Assembly: GCA_963693365.1 (NCBI GenBank) | Contig: CAVNZM010000015.1 | Location: 2,542,001-2,606,000, forward strand | DNA: 64,000 bases | Direction of reading: 5' to 3' | From: Amoebidium appalachense | Taxonomy: Eukaryota; Protista; Ichthyosporea | In this document: positions 1 through 28,789 of the stretch, piece after piece | How positions within the stretch are numbered: the stretch's first letter is position 1 | How the letters are laid out: each line of letters begins with the position of its first letter | Notes under the pieces: generated by a model | Told to the model about the DNA's origin: nothing | Databases searched by the model: none | The model's input: the letters and a program-made list of their open reading frames with translations, nothing else | Made by a program: the position numbers and the translations under genes

Positions 1-164
1 GTCTAATAATGATATTTTAAAACATAGAAGCGCAATGCACCACACACCATTACCCATCATTTTTGTGCATGCTTAAAGTTGTTCGTTGCGTGCTGGCTTG
101 GAGAGAGTGACCATCTGAACCATCAACGCGCAATGCACCACACACACCATAGCATATGTGGCAT

Positions 165-10320
<10,156 letters not shown>

Positions 10321-11531
10321 CCTGCCTGTCTGTGCCCACCCCTACAGGGGGGCTGCCTATACCAAATCCTTACCCAGCCCGACCAGACGCCGTCGGCTTC
10401 CTTCCTCTCACCCCCCTGACTCTGTTATCCTTCTCTTCCTGCCTGCTACCGGGCTCCAGTTGCTATAACCAAGGCCCCGGGAACAAGAGGGGCGGTCATC
10501 TGTTGCTTGATTTGTTCAGATCCTGCTAGAACCTATCTCAACTTTGGGACACTTATAACTCTAGGCCCTACAGGCACAGTGTGTAAATATGCATTCTAAT
10601 TACACTATGAGGTTATCCGCTAGAGTGCAATGTGTTGGTTCTTTGTATATTCTCCCTACTAACAACTACCAACTTACACCGATGGAAAGTAAATTCACTC
10701 CAAAAAAAAAATAAAAAATTACTTGACTCTGTTTGCGGTCCGGCGCTGGAAGTGCCAGTGTTTGGAAGTTTTTTTTACGCAAAACGGTTGCTCGGCTCTG
10801 ATTGGCCCGTGTGCTTATACGGTGAGCCACTCGGATAAAACGAACACAGAGCTCGAGACACAGCATCTGGCACAGCATTCCTCAAGTTCCCATGCAGCAC
10901 GCCAAATTTGGGCACCTGGGATCTTGCACGTGTGTGCTTCGCCCCTGCATTTTATTGGCGCCTGTAAGCGCTGCGTACGTCATTCACTGTGCCAGTGTTC
11001 CAAATGGGCATTCAGAGCCACTAGATGCCAGCTCTGAGTCTCCTGGCCGTCGAGAGATTCTCTCCCTCTGCCTTATTTATATAAACGCCTGGCCTTGACC
11101 TGACCCATCATGATTGTTGAGACAGGGCATGCGCAATGGGGCAACAAAACATATATGCATCGAAATTCCGAATGGCCTGGATGGTGCAAACAACAGAAGA
11201 CCTCGAACATATGCATAACATTGTATAAAATGGCATGCATGGTAATGAATGCCACAGTACTAGTGACGCCAACAGTAATGTGACGTCGATTCATAGCACG
11301 CTAGAACATATAAATTTGGTGCTTACAACGTAACACCTCGCACGTGTATCCGTACAACACATCGATCCGTCCCCACACTGTCTATTTGTACCATTCGCCA
11401 TCAACCGTGTCTCCAGCTCTGAATTACCCGTTGTTGATCAATGCATCAGATATGTGCAGACGCCCCCCTCTCCCCTGCACCCACAAGTCTATTTTAAAAC
11501 ATCAATAAAACACTACCTATGGGGCACACTG

Positions 11532-18306
<6,775 letters not shown>

Positions 18307-19025
18307 GCTGCCTCCTGCACAGAGACAGGCCGTCAGGAGGTGGAGTGTGAATGCGATTTGTGCCCCCTCCCCCACCCCCCTCCTCCTCCCCCCCCCCCCT
18401 GTCCCTTCCCCCCTCCCCCTCCTCCTCTCCTCCCTACCCTCCTCCCCCCCTACCCCTCCCAGTATCCAGGCGGTCATGGGCTGACAGAAGGCTGCAAGGG
18501 TCACATCGCCACTTACCGGAACTGCTGTGGCGTGTGTGTTCCTTGGAATAGATCCGCGCTGCTTTTCTGGAGAGACTGCACGTCCTGGCTGTGCGTACCC
18601 ACTAGTCGCCGTACGGTTTACTGTATATAAGCTTCTCGAGAATAGGAGAGACACTTGGTCAGTGGCTTTTGCTAACGCCGCTCGGGTGTATAGCCACTAT
18701 GTAGTACTGACAGAATAAAAAACAAGAGTTGGCAAGTCGCCAACGTTCAACCGAGTTCGAGCCCCTTCGCCTGCTCTTGTGACCGTTTGACACGTTGTGC
18801 GAGACGTGTTGCTGATTGGACGGTGTTTTGTTGACAAACCATATATGGCTATTTGGCTTATCAGTTTGGCGATCATCGCTAGAAACCTCGGGTGTTACTG
18901 ATGCCCACAGCACAGTGTGAACAGCAATAAGCAGCCGGTGTGAGGACCGACGTCTACTGGCCACCAGCCCTCCTATTTCACCACATGTACGGGCACCACC
19001 GTTGCTCTGCGCGTACTCCAGTGTA

Positions 19026-19057
<32 letters not shown>

Positions 19058-19333
19058 CCCTCTCCCCCCATATGAGCCCCCTCTCCTCCCTCCCCCGGGC
19101 CCTCTTCTCTCTTTGATTTCCCTCGACCATGTAGGAGGGAGAAGCGCCTCAATCATTTTTATCCTTAAAAAAAAATAAAAAAAAATAAATAAAAAATCAG
19201 AGTGACCCAGATATTATTAGGAAAAGTAGTATTAATGCCAGCGCTTAATAGTCCTGTCGCTTTTGGTTTAAATGGCTGGAAATTCAGATTGTGTATGAGG
19301 CCCCGATCTTGGCTTATCTTGGTGTGCACGTTT

Positions 19334-19386
<53 letters not shown>

Positions 19387-20149
19387 GGGGGGGGGGGGGG
19401 GAGGGGGGGGGGGGGGGGGGGGGAGAACTGGGAGAGGGGGGGGGGGGGGAGGGGGGGGGGGGGAACACAACTCAAACTAAAAAAAAAACAAAAAAAAGTC
19501 TAATTTTTAACAATACCATATAGCTTTCAGTGCATGATGTGGTATTTTTTCGGCCATGTAGTGTGCCTATTGTGCAATGGTGTTGATATCATACTATAGG
19601 ACACAGGCTGTTCAAAATCACCATTCAGTTTCATGTAGAATGTTACATGAAAGGCGAAATGCCATCGACATTTTGTGAATTTTACAAGCCTGGTTGGGGA
19701 GTAGGGGGGCGGGGGGGGGGGGGGGGGGGGGGGGGCATGCTGTTCAAGTAATCTCGACATAAATTTGAGGCTGTAAATAACCGGTACCCCCCCCCACCCT
19801 ATCCCCCCTACCCCCGCCCACACATATACACACACACACACATTACATGATGTCACTGGTAAATAGTGGTGGCATGACACAGAATACGTGTTCCCGTGGT
19901 GTTGAAGTTTCATTAGCCCAGTGCTGTGAGCACAAAGACAAATAGAGCGATAGATCAGAGTGCAACATACCTAATTTGTGAAAAGCCAACGGATGAACGC
20001 ATTGGGTGGGGGTTGATGAGGTAAGGGTGGGAGAGGGGGGGGGGCGGGGGGAGGGGGGCGGGTGGGGAAGGGAAGGGGGGGGGCAGGTGATTGAGTTGCA
20101 ACACACGCGCGGCAGGGGTGGCGGGGAGGTGGGGAACAAGTAGGGGCAT

Positions 20150-20212
<63 letters not shown>

Positions 20213-20287
20213 GGGCACAAACACACACACACACACACACATTGTTAATATACACGTGTGTGCACACCATTAATGCAAGCACACGCA

Positions 20288-20322
<35 letters not shown>

Positions 20323-20394
20323 GCACAAACACACACACACGCACACACACATGATATATACACGTGCGTGCACTCCATTAATGCACACGCGTGC

Positions 20395-20428
<34 letters not shown>

Positions 20429-20916
20429 GCACACACACACACACACACACCCCACACTCTCGCTCTCATTCAGCCATGTCTGTTTAACGGATTCTTTGTA
20501 GGGTTCTAGGCTGCTGAGGGCCTGTACCCACCCAAGGGCAGCGGTTTTGGGACAAGAAGTCCATATAACGGTATAAAAAAACAACCCCAAACCAAAGACC
20601 AAAAATAAACGATAAGCCAACACCAGGCCAGCCCCACATCCTGATTCAGCACTGTATTTGTATAGTTTCGGTACACAGAGGCCAGACCATGCACGGACCA
20701 AGAGTTATGCAGTGTATCCATGAGCCTGCATTGCACGGGATTGAATAGGCAATAGGCAATTTATGATGTGCCCCCCATGCCACTGTTATCATGCCCTACC
20801 CAACACTTCGTTACTCCCATTGCTTTATGGCAGTATTTACAGGGTTTGCCACTATCTTGCCTTCCCATTCCCCTTCTCCCCCTTCCCCCCCACCACCCCT
20901 TTCCCCCCTTCCCCTC

Positions 20917-20948
<32 letters not shown>

Positions 20949-21403
20949 ACCACCACCACCACCACCCCTCTATCAACCACACTGTGCGATTGTGCAACTC
21001 ACCAACATGCCTAAGGAAGTTTCCCAACTGCCTACACCGGATTGCCCCCTTGCCCCACCCCCCCCCTCCCCACCTTCCCCGCTCTTCCCCCCCTCCCCCC
21101 TCCCCCCTCCCGGCCCCCCCCCCCGGCCCCGTTCCCCTCCTAACCCCCCCCCCCCCTCCCCCCGGCGCAACCCCGACACGCATACACACCCGCCCATACA
21201 CGTGTACAGCACCCCTACAAACGAGACTCAGAGAAGACGAATGTAAAGAAGGAGCAGGAAACATGCCAAGACCTTTTGTGCAATGTGAGTCAAAGGCACA
21301 TGCATGGATAAGGCAATAGTGTTTGGGGTTAGTAGGGGGGCCGGGGATAGGTGGGTGTGGGTGGGTATGTGGATGTTTATTTTTTGGGATTGGGGGGCAG
21401 GGG

Positions 21404-21443
<40 letters not shown>

Positions 21444-21584
21444 GGGGAGGGGAGGAGAGGGCGGGGGGAGGAGTAAACGTCCGGAAGGCCGGTGGGGGGG
21501 GGGGGGGGGGGCGGGGACGGATAGGTGTAGGTGGGCTTTTTCAAACTTTTAGTTTACTGCTTCAGGTAGAAGGAAAGCCGGAGG

Positions 21585-21630
<46 letters not shown>

Positions 21631-21710
21631 GTGTGTGTGTGTGTCTGTGCGCGCGCGCGTGCCCGCGCCCGCGTGTGTGTGCGTGTGTGTATGTCTCTGT
21701 GTGCACGTGC

Positions 21711-21781
<71 letters not shown>

Positions 21782-22129
21782 TGCGTGCTTGCGTGCGAGC
21801 GTGTCTGTGTGCTTGTACGTACGTGTTGTGTGTGTGTATGCAAGCCCCGGGGGGGGGGGGGGGGGGGGGGGGTGGCATGTAGGGGTGTGGGGGGTGGGCG
21901 GGTATGTGTATGTGTGTTATTTGGGATTGGAGGGGGGGGGGGAGGGAGGGGAATGGACTAAGCGTCCGGTGGGGGGGTGGAGGGGGAGAGGGGATAAACG
22001 GGGGGTAAGAAAGCGGGGGGTGGGGGGGAAGGGGGGGGGAGGGGGGAGGGGGGAGGGGGGGCTGGGGCGCTACATAGGGGGAGGAGCAGGGGTGGGGGGG
22101 CTAAGGGGGAAGAAGATGACAGGGGGGAA

Positions 22130-22165
<36 letters not shown>

Positions 22166-22920
22166 GTATTGAGCAACGGCAGCCGGATAAAGACAAGATC
22201 GAAGGACAAAATCAAGGCACACGGGTTTGAAATCCACAAGTATGAACTTGGCTGCATTCTGGGAAAGGGAGAGAGTAACAATACACAAGGGCAAGTCAAT
22301 ATCTAGAAGGGGCAGGGTTGCAAGCAAGCACTTAAGATATGCGCGAAAGATTTGCTTGGGGGGGAGGGGGGGGGGGGGACGCAAGATGTTGCTGTCGGGA
22401 TTGAGGGGGAAGTGTTCAATTGGGGGGGGCACGTTTGGGGGGGGGGGGGGGGGGGGGGGAGGGGAGGGAGGGAGCGAGGGAGGGGGAGGGGGGAGGAGGG
22501 GGGGATGAGGGCGAAGAGGTGGATACGATGAAGGGTGTGTGGGGAGGCCTATGATCATGGCCCGGACGGAAAGATCAAATCAGGCAAACAGGTGTGTGGT
22601 CTATTGTTACAGTTTTATTTTCATGTGCAGGTGTTTAGGTTCAATATACAATAGCAGCATGGCATCAGCTGCTTTCATAGTGTTACCCTGTAGTATAGGG
22701 TACTAGTAGGCCTCGATCGATCACACTTTATGTGTCTATCACACTTTTTTATATCCAACACATTTTGCACACTTTATATATCCAACAAAAACCTTGAAAT
22801 CCGTGGGGAGAAAAAAGAAGGTAGCTAGCACACCCCAGATACATGTTTATACAGTCCCCACACATCTATCTATACCAAATACTATCTCCCCCATATCATA
22901 TCTCCCGTCTACCTATCCCA

Positions 22921-25701
22921 CTAGCAGGCCTTGGCCTTTCCGGTGTCGATACAGTAAGCCACATATGGGCCGGGTGCAAAGTCCTTCGCCTTAGAGCCGG
23001 GGCCACTGTAGCGCCAGACATATGAGCCCGGCCCAGCGCAGAACGAAGCAGTGACGGTGTTGATAGCATCTTCATCATCGGGGACCTCCACAGACAGAAG
23101 GGCAGGCTGGTTGGCGTCTTTAAGGGCAACGGCAAGGCGCTGCAGCTCAAGGGTAACACCGGGGGGACCGCCAAAGTAGCAGCGAAGACGGAGCTTGGAG
23201 CCTGCGGGCACTGTTTGCACGAGCTTGGTGCTGATGCGGCCGCGGTCGGGGCTGGTGTCCTGCACAAACCCAACCGTGTTGCTGTACTTGAGCTGGCCTG
23301 CATCGCGCACGCAGCGCCCGCCGTTGCATGCAGTGGGCTGCCAGTCTGCGAGGCTGGTGGGCATGGCTGTGGCCGTAACGGTGGCAACCTGTGTCTGCGT
23401 TGTAACCACAGTCTCGGCGGGAAGTGTGCTGGTGTGTTCGATCGTCTGCGTGGTGCTGACCGTTTGCGCTGGGAGGGTGGTGGTGTGCACGACCGTCTGT
23501 GTTTCGGATGCCTCGACTGTGTGTGTGGTGGTGGCGGACTCGGTCAGTGTTGTGCGCTCTGTCTGTGTCGCAACTAGGGTGGTGTGTGCCGTGGCCGTGG
23601 TGGTGTGTGTCTCCACGGCGGTTGTCGTGTGCACTAACGTCTCTACCGCCGTCTCCTTCACCAACTGCGTGGTGGCAAGCGTCGTGGTGAGCAGGTGCGT
23701 GGACGTGGTAAGCTCCAGATGCGTGCTCGTCTCCGATGCCGTGATAGTGTGTGTGGTGGTTTCCACGTGCGTGATCTCCTTGGTCTCGGTGGCGACATGG
23801 GTGGTGGTGATGGGCTCGGCAGCAACGGTGTGCGTGGCAATCACAGTCTCCGTCTCCTTGGGTAGGGTGGTGGTGTGCAGGGCCGTGCTGGTGACGATGG
23901 CCGTGGTGGTTAGAAGCTCCGTGGCGGTGTGTGTGACGCTCTCGACCTGTGTGACGGCCTGGGTGGTGGTGACGTGGTTGGTGGTGACCTGTGTGGCCGT
24001 GTGGGTGACGTCATTGGTGGCCGTGACCGTGGCTGTCTCTGTGACCTTCTCTGTCACGTGCTCCGTGGCTGTCTGCTTCTCTGTCTCCCTGACTGTCGTG
24101 ACCACAGTCACCACAGGCCCGTTGGATGAAGGTGTGGGGGTGACGCTCTCATCCACACGGGGGGCAACCGTCGAGGATTGCGGCTGGTCCGCAGCAACCG
24201 TGCTGGCCACCTCGGTCTTGGCTGGCTCCTCGGTCTTGGCTGGCTCCTCGGTCTTGGCTGGCTCCTCGGTCTTGGCTGGCTCCTCGGTCTTGGCTGGCTC
24301 CGTCTGGGCGGGGGCATCCGATTTGGCTGGCTCCTCGGTCTTGGCTGGCTCCTCGGTCTTGGCTGGCTCTGTCTGGGCGGGGGCATCCGATTTGGCTGGC
24401 TCTGTCTGGGCGGGGGCATCCGATTTGGCTGGCTCTGTCTGGGCGGGGGCATCCGATTTGGCTGGCTCCTCGGTCTTGGCTGGCTCCTCGGTCTTGGCTG
24501 GCTCCTCGGTCTTGGCTGGCTCCTCGGTCTTGGCTGGCTCCTCGGTCTTGGCTGGCTCCTCGGTCTTGGCTGGCTCTGTCTGGGCGGGGGCATCCGATTT
24601 GGCTGGCTCTGTCTGGGCGGGGGCATCCGATTTGGCTGGCTCCTCGGTCTTGGCTGGCTCCTCGGTCTTGGCTGGCTCCTCGGTCTTGGCTGGCTCCTCG
24701 GTCTTGGCTGGCTCCTCGGTCTTGGCTGGCTCCTCGGTCTTGGCTGGCTCTGTCTGGGCGGGGGCATCCGATTTGGCTGGCTCCTCGGTCTTGGCTGGCT
24801 CCTCGGTCTTGGCTGGCTCCTCGGTCTTGGCTGGCTCCTCGGTCTTGGCTGGCTCCTCGGTCTTGGCTGGCTCCGTCTGGGCGGGGGCATCCGATTTGGC
24901 TGGCTCCTCGGTCTTGGCTGGCTCCTCGGTCTTGGCTGGCTCCTCGGTCTTGGCTGGCTCCGTCTGGGCGGGGGCATCCGATTTGGCTGGCTCCTCGGAC
25001 TTAGCCGGATCCTCGGTCTTGGCTGGCTCCTCGGTCTTGGCTGGCTCCTCGGTCTTGGCTGGCTCCTCGGTCTTGGCTGGCTCGGTTTGGGCAGGGGCAT
25101 CCGATTTGGCTGGCTCCTCGGTCTTGGCTGGTTCCTCGGTCTTGGCTGGCTCCTCGGATTTGGCTGGCTCCGTCTGGGCTGGCTCCTCGGATTTGGCTGG
25201 CTCCGTCTGGGCGGGGGCATCCGATTTGGCTGGCTCCTCGGTCTTGGCCGGTTCCTCGGTCTTGGCCGGCTCCTCGGTCTTGGCCGGCTCCTCGGTCTTG
25301 GCCGGCTCCTCGGTCTTGGCCGGCTCCGTCTGGGCGGGGGCATCCGATTTGGCTGGCTCCTCGGTCTTAACTGGTTCCTCGGTCTTGGCTGGTTCCTCGG
25401 TTTTGGCTGGCTCCTCGGTTTTGGCTGGCTCCTCGGTTTTGGCCGGCTCGGACTTCACGGGCACCTCAGTGGAGCTGGGCTCCTCTGTGCTGGGATGGGC
25501 CGGGGTTGGCGAGGGCTCTTGATCCTTTGGCGGTGCGCCACCGTTGCATGGTGCAGTCACTGTGGCTGTAACTGTGGTGTACAGAGTGTGTGTCTGTACG
25601 GCACCCTCCCCACGCCTAATACGCATGGGTGGTGCGGCCATTGCAAGAGGAAGAGCTGCACACAGCAGGGCTGTGGCCATTGAGATAGACTTAATTTTCA
25701 T
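22921..25701 (-). CDS. Secreted mucin-like/cell-surface repeat protein, 926 aa, intronless
   Basis: Single ORF. Signal peptide MKIKSISMATALLCAALPLAMA, then RIRR (furin/kexin-type site), ~410 aa of EPAKTE/EPAKSDAPAQT repeats, a ~280-aa Thr-rich region and a ~145-aa Cys-containing globular C-terminus. AATAAA on the minus strand at ~22614-22619. Confidence 0.9.
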   Translation of the reverse strand: MKIKSISMATALLCAALPLAMAAPPMRIRRGEGAVQTHTLYTTVTATVTAPCNGGAPPKDQEPSPTPAHPSTEEPSSTEVPVKSEPAKTEEPAKTEEPAKTEEPAKTEEPVKTEEPAKSDAPAQTEPAKTEEPAKTEEPAKTEEPAKTEEPAKTEEPAKSDAPAQTEPAKSEEPAQTEPAKSEEPAKTEEPAKTEEPAKSDAPAQTEPAKTEEPAKTEEPAKTEEPAKTEDPAKSEEPAKSDAPAQTEPAKTEEPAKTEEPAKTEEPAKSDAPAQTEPAKTEEPAKTEEPAKTEEPAKTEEPAKTEEPAKSDAPAQTEPAKTEEPAKTEEPAKTEEPAKTEEPAKTEEPAKTEEPAKSDAPAQTEPAKSDAPAQTEPAKTEEPAKTEEPAKTEEPAKTEEPAKTEEPAKTEEPAKSDAPAQTEPAKSDAPAQTEPAKSDAPAQTEPAKTEEPAKTEEPAKSDAPAQTEPAKTEEPAKTEEPAKTEEPAKTEEPAKTEVASTVAADQPQSSTVAPRVDESVTPTPSSNGPVVTVVTTVRETEKQTATEHVTEKVTETATVTATNDVTHTATQVTTNHVTTTQAVTQVESVTHTATELLTTTAIVTSTALHTTTLPKETETVIATHTVAAEPITTTHVATETKEITHVETTTHTITASETSTHLELTTSTHLLTTTLATTQLVKETAVETLVHTTTAVETHTTTATAHTTLVATQTERTTLTESATTTHTVEASETQTVVHTTTLPAQTVSTTQTIEHTSTLPAETVVTTQTQVATVTATAMPTSLADWQPTACNGGRCVRDAGQLKYSNTVGFVQDTSPDRGRISTKLVQTVPAGSKLRLRCYFGGPPGVTLELQRLAVALKDANQPALLSVEVPDDEDAINTVTASFCAGPGSYVWRYSGPGSKAKDFAPGPYVAYCIDTGKAKAC
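24210..25450 (-). repeat. Coding tandem repeat of two interleaved units, 18 nt (EPAKTE) and 33 nt (EPAKSDAPAQT)
   Basis: Near-identical CTCGGTCTTGGCTGGCTC and GTCTGGGCGGGGGCATCCGATTTGGCTGGCTC copies on the + strand. Confidence 0.95.
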
Positions 25702-26092
25702 GGTGCTAGCTACTAACTACGTGGAGATATTATGGTTGTGTCTGAAGCGTGCTTTAGCAACACCCGCAGTGGACGAGTGATGTGCCTGGGCCGTCCGGTG
25801 GCTCTTATAGTCCGGCTGCAAATGCTGGATTTGATTGTGATTGGCTGGAAGGATTCATTGTTTACATTCCAGCAGATCGCGAAAATAATAAGTGTTTCGT
25901 TGAAGGGGAAAGGCTTTCATGCAACATTAGCAAGTTTCCCAGCTTAGCTCTGAGGTTACAGCTGTCAAATTCATATAAAAACACATTAAGATTGTTTTCT
26001 CTCTCCTATTTTGTTTCCCAGCACAATGCATTTGGGCAGCATTAGGCGTGGAGTCGTGGACGACGGCACCTCTGGCGTTCGACGGATCTTTG

Positions 26093-26327
26093 TGACGTCA
26101 GGCCCCCTATACCCCTCTTAAGCACATGTGCAATCCACGAATTGTGTAGCCGACCCCTTCCTTTACTATGGTTCTGCTTGCAGCTAGAGTGGCCCTAACT
26201 TAACCTCGAGATTTTGCTTCTAATATCATATATGTTATTTTCTATATACTGTTATTTATATGGCATTGCTTACTTTCAAACGCATTATTTCCTGAGCTGA
26301 AATGATTACAGTTCCACGATGACGTCA
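26093..26327. promoter_or_regulatory. Two perfect CRE/ATF palindromes (TGACGTCA) upstream of the repeat-protein gene
   Basis: TGACGTCA at 26093-26100 and 26320-26327, plus TGACGTG at ~26334, 0.4-0.6 kb 5' of the ATG at 25701. Function is untested. Confidence 0.35.
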
Positions 26328-27396
26328 GCGCTGTGACGTGTGGATATGCGCACCAATACATGAGTAACGGCGCCAACAGCATGATGTTTGCATATTTCCA
26401 TGAAAATGTCTAGCAGAGCATAAATTACTATTACTGCATTCGTGGAGAAGCCCCCCCCAAAATCATTCTTGATGCGCACGAATACATCCAACTACGGACA
26501 GGCGAGACGTCTTATCTCGGATCTAGATCTGACCGAGGAAATCGGAGGAATTCGAGGGTATCAGGTATAGGGAGATCAATAGTTAGTATCATATTGAGCC
26601 TCCGATTGGCTAATGGGATTGCCAGCCCAGCCCCGCCCCCGCCTGCAGACAGGTCACTGAGGCCATGGGGGCCCCGGGCCCGGACCTGCTGCACGTACAG
26701 CATCTACCAAACACCGTCTGGGCCTGGGTGGGCAGCCCCTTCGAATTATCCACTCCGTCCCCCTCCCGGCCCCCCTCCTCCCCCCCTCCCCCCCCCCCCC
26801 CCCCCCCCACCCCCCCACCCCCCCCCCACCCCCTCCCCCCTTCTTCGAATTCCTCCTCCCTCCTTCCTCCACCCAGCATACACACACATGTGCACACACA
26901 CACGTACACACACGGCGTACACATGTACGCACCCGTATACGCACGCACACAAACTCACACTCGCATTAACACACGTGTACACATCCCGCGACGCGTCCAC
27001 ACACACACACACACCAGCACAAGGCTCCTGGCACAGAAACACACACCCACACCGGGCACCCCACCGTGGCACATGTGTAAACACTCACAGGACGTCAACA
27101 CAAACAATGACACGTGTACGCACCGTGACACACGTTCACACACGCAAACATGCCATTGGTATACATACTACATGCGCACGCGCGCACACACACAGACACA
27201 CGCATGCACGCACACATGCACACGCACACGCACACGCACACACACACACACACGTGTCACGCACAAACACAACGCCCGCGAACACACACAAGTACACATA
27301 CACAGTCACGCACACACACGCACACACGCACGCACACACACGCACACACACACTGGCACACACACACACGCACACACATGCACACACACACACACA

Positions 27397-27445
<49 letters not shown>

Positions 27446-28230
27446 CACACACAAACCTGCAACGCATAATTACCCATCAAAAGACGCAATATGGATTTGC
27501 TTGAGCTTTTTGGCTCTTGAAACAGTTGGGAGGGGAAGTAGTAGATTGGTGCGCCTGGGGGGAGGGGAGGGAGGGAGGGGGGGAAAGGGGAGGAGGGGGG
27601 GGGGGGGGGGGGGGGAGGAGGGGGGGGGGGGGGGAGGGGGCATACAGCACCAATAACTGAAACACACACACGCACTTATGATATCAATTTACATACAAAT
27701 GTCATGGAAGGCACAATGTCATGCACGTCTGTGCCATGGGGTATTTCTTTAGGAAGTCTCTCGATTACTGACACACACACACACATGCACACACACACAC
27801 ACACAAACGCACACAGAGCTCGAGACACACACAGACACGTGCACACACCGTGACACACACACATGTACACAAACCCCCTTCCAGACTGGCACACAGTGCT
27901 CACCGTGACGTGCATACGGCAATGCCATATGATCGTGCACATTCCTGCTTGCGTCCACACAACTTGCACGTGAGGCACGACGTTTACACTAAAAGATTAG
28001 CACTACCGAAGGTACAATTATTGTGCACGCATATCATAATGGTACATGTACTCAAACATACCCACGGTACATACTGACACATGGTGACACCCACAACTGC
28101 ATGACGCAGATGACGCAGACGCACACACGAACGCACATTTTCTGTATGGTATCTCCTCCAATCAAAACTTGAAGTACTTAGTCTAGTTAAAACGAAGGAA
28201 AGAAGTTAATTTTGGTGGTGGTTGTGGAGG

Positions 28231-28265
<35 letters not shown>

Positions 28266-28789
28266 CGAAGGGGCCGAGGAAGAGGCGACTCTCCGAGGGG
28301 TGTGCAGTCGGGAGCGAATCGTTGGACTCCCTGGAGGGGGAGAGGAGGAAGGGGGGAGCGGGGAAGAGGAGAGGCACCACCCGACCAACGAGGTGCCCCC
28401 AGCCTGGTGCCTCCCTCCCCCTCGCCCCCCCCCCTCCCCCCCCCCCCCCCCCCCCCCTCCCATCCGAGCATGGGGAGGGGGGAGGGGGATTGGGGAGCCA
28501 TTACCCGAACGGTTAGCTTATGGAGGGCGGGGAGTGTATACGGGAGGGGGGGGGGAGGGGGGGGGGGGGGGGGGTGGGACCACCAGGGTGGACCTTGGTA
28601 TTTACTATTGCCCCCCCCCCCCCCCCCCACACACACACACAATTCCAAATTTAAAAATTCCTTAGCATGACGTTAATGGTGATAGGAACACGCACGCACA
28701 CCCACACCCACACCTACACCCACACCCACACACACACACACACACACTCTTGCGTATTCTACAACAGTATAGTTGGTGATATGAGCTTC

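Noticed and set aside
22170-22310. HKYELGCILGKG fragment resembling kinase subdomain I
   Set aside because: A stop follows shortly and no further kinase motifs or linked exons were found; probably chance.
18700-22500. Scattered exon-like patches (e.g. 20510-20570, 20666-20760)
   Set aside because: I could not link them into a phase-consistent model or recognise a product.
23195-25683. 775-aa and 501-aa plus-strand ORFs and the 411-aa alternative minus frame
   Set aside because: Shadow frames of the repeat protein. Only 22921-25701(-) has a signal peptide, a coherent architecture and a downstream AATAAA.
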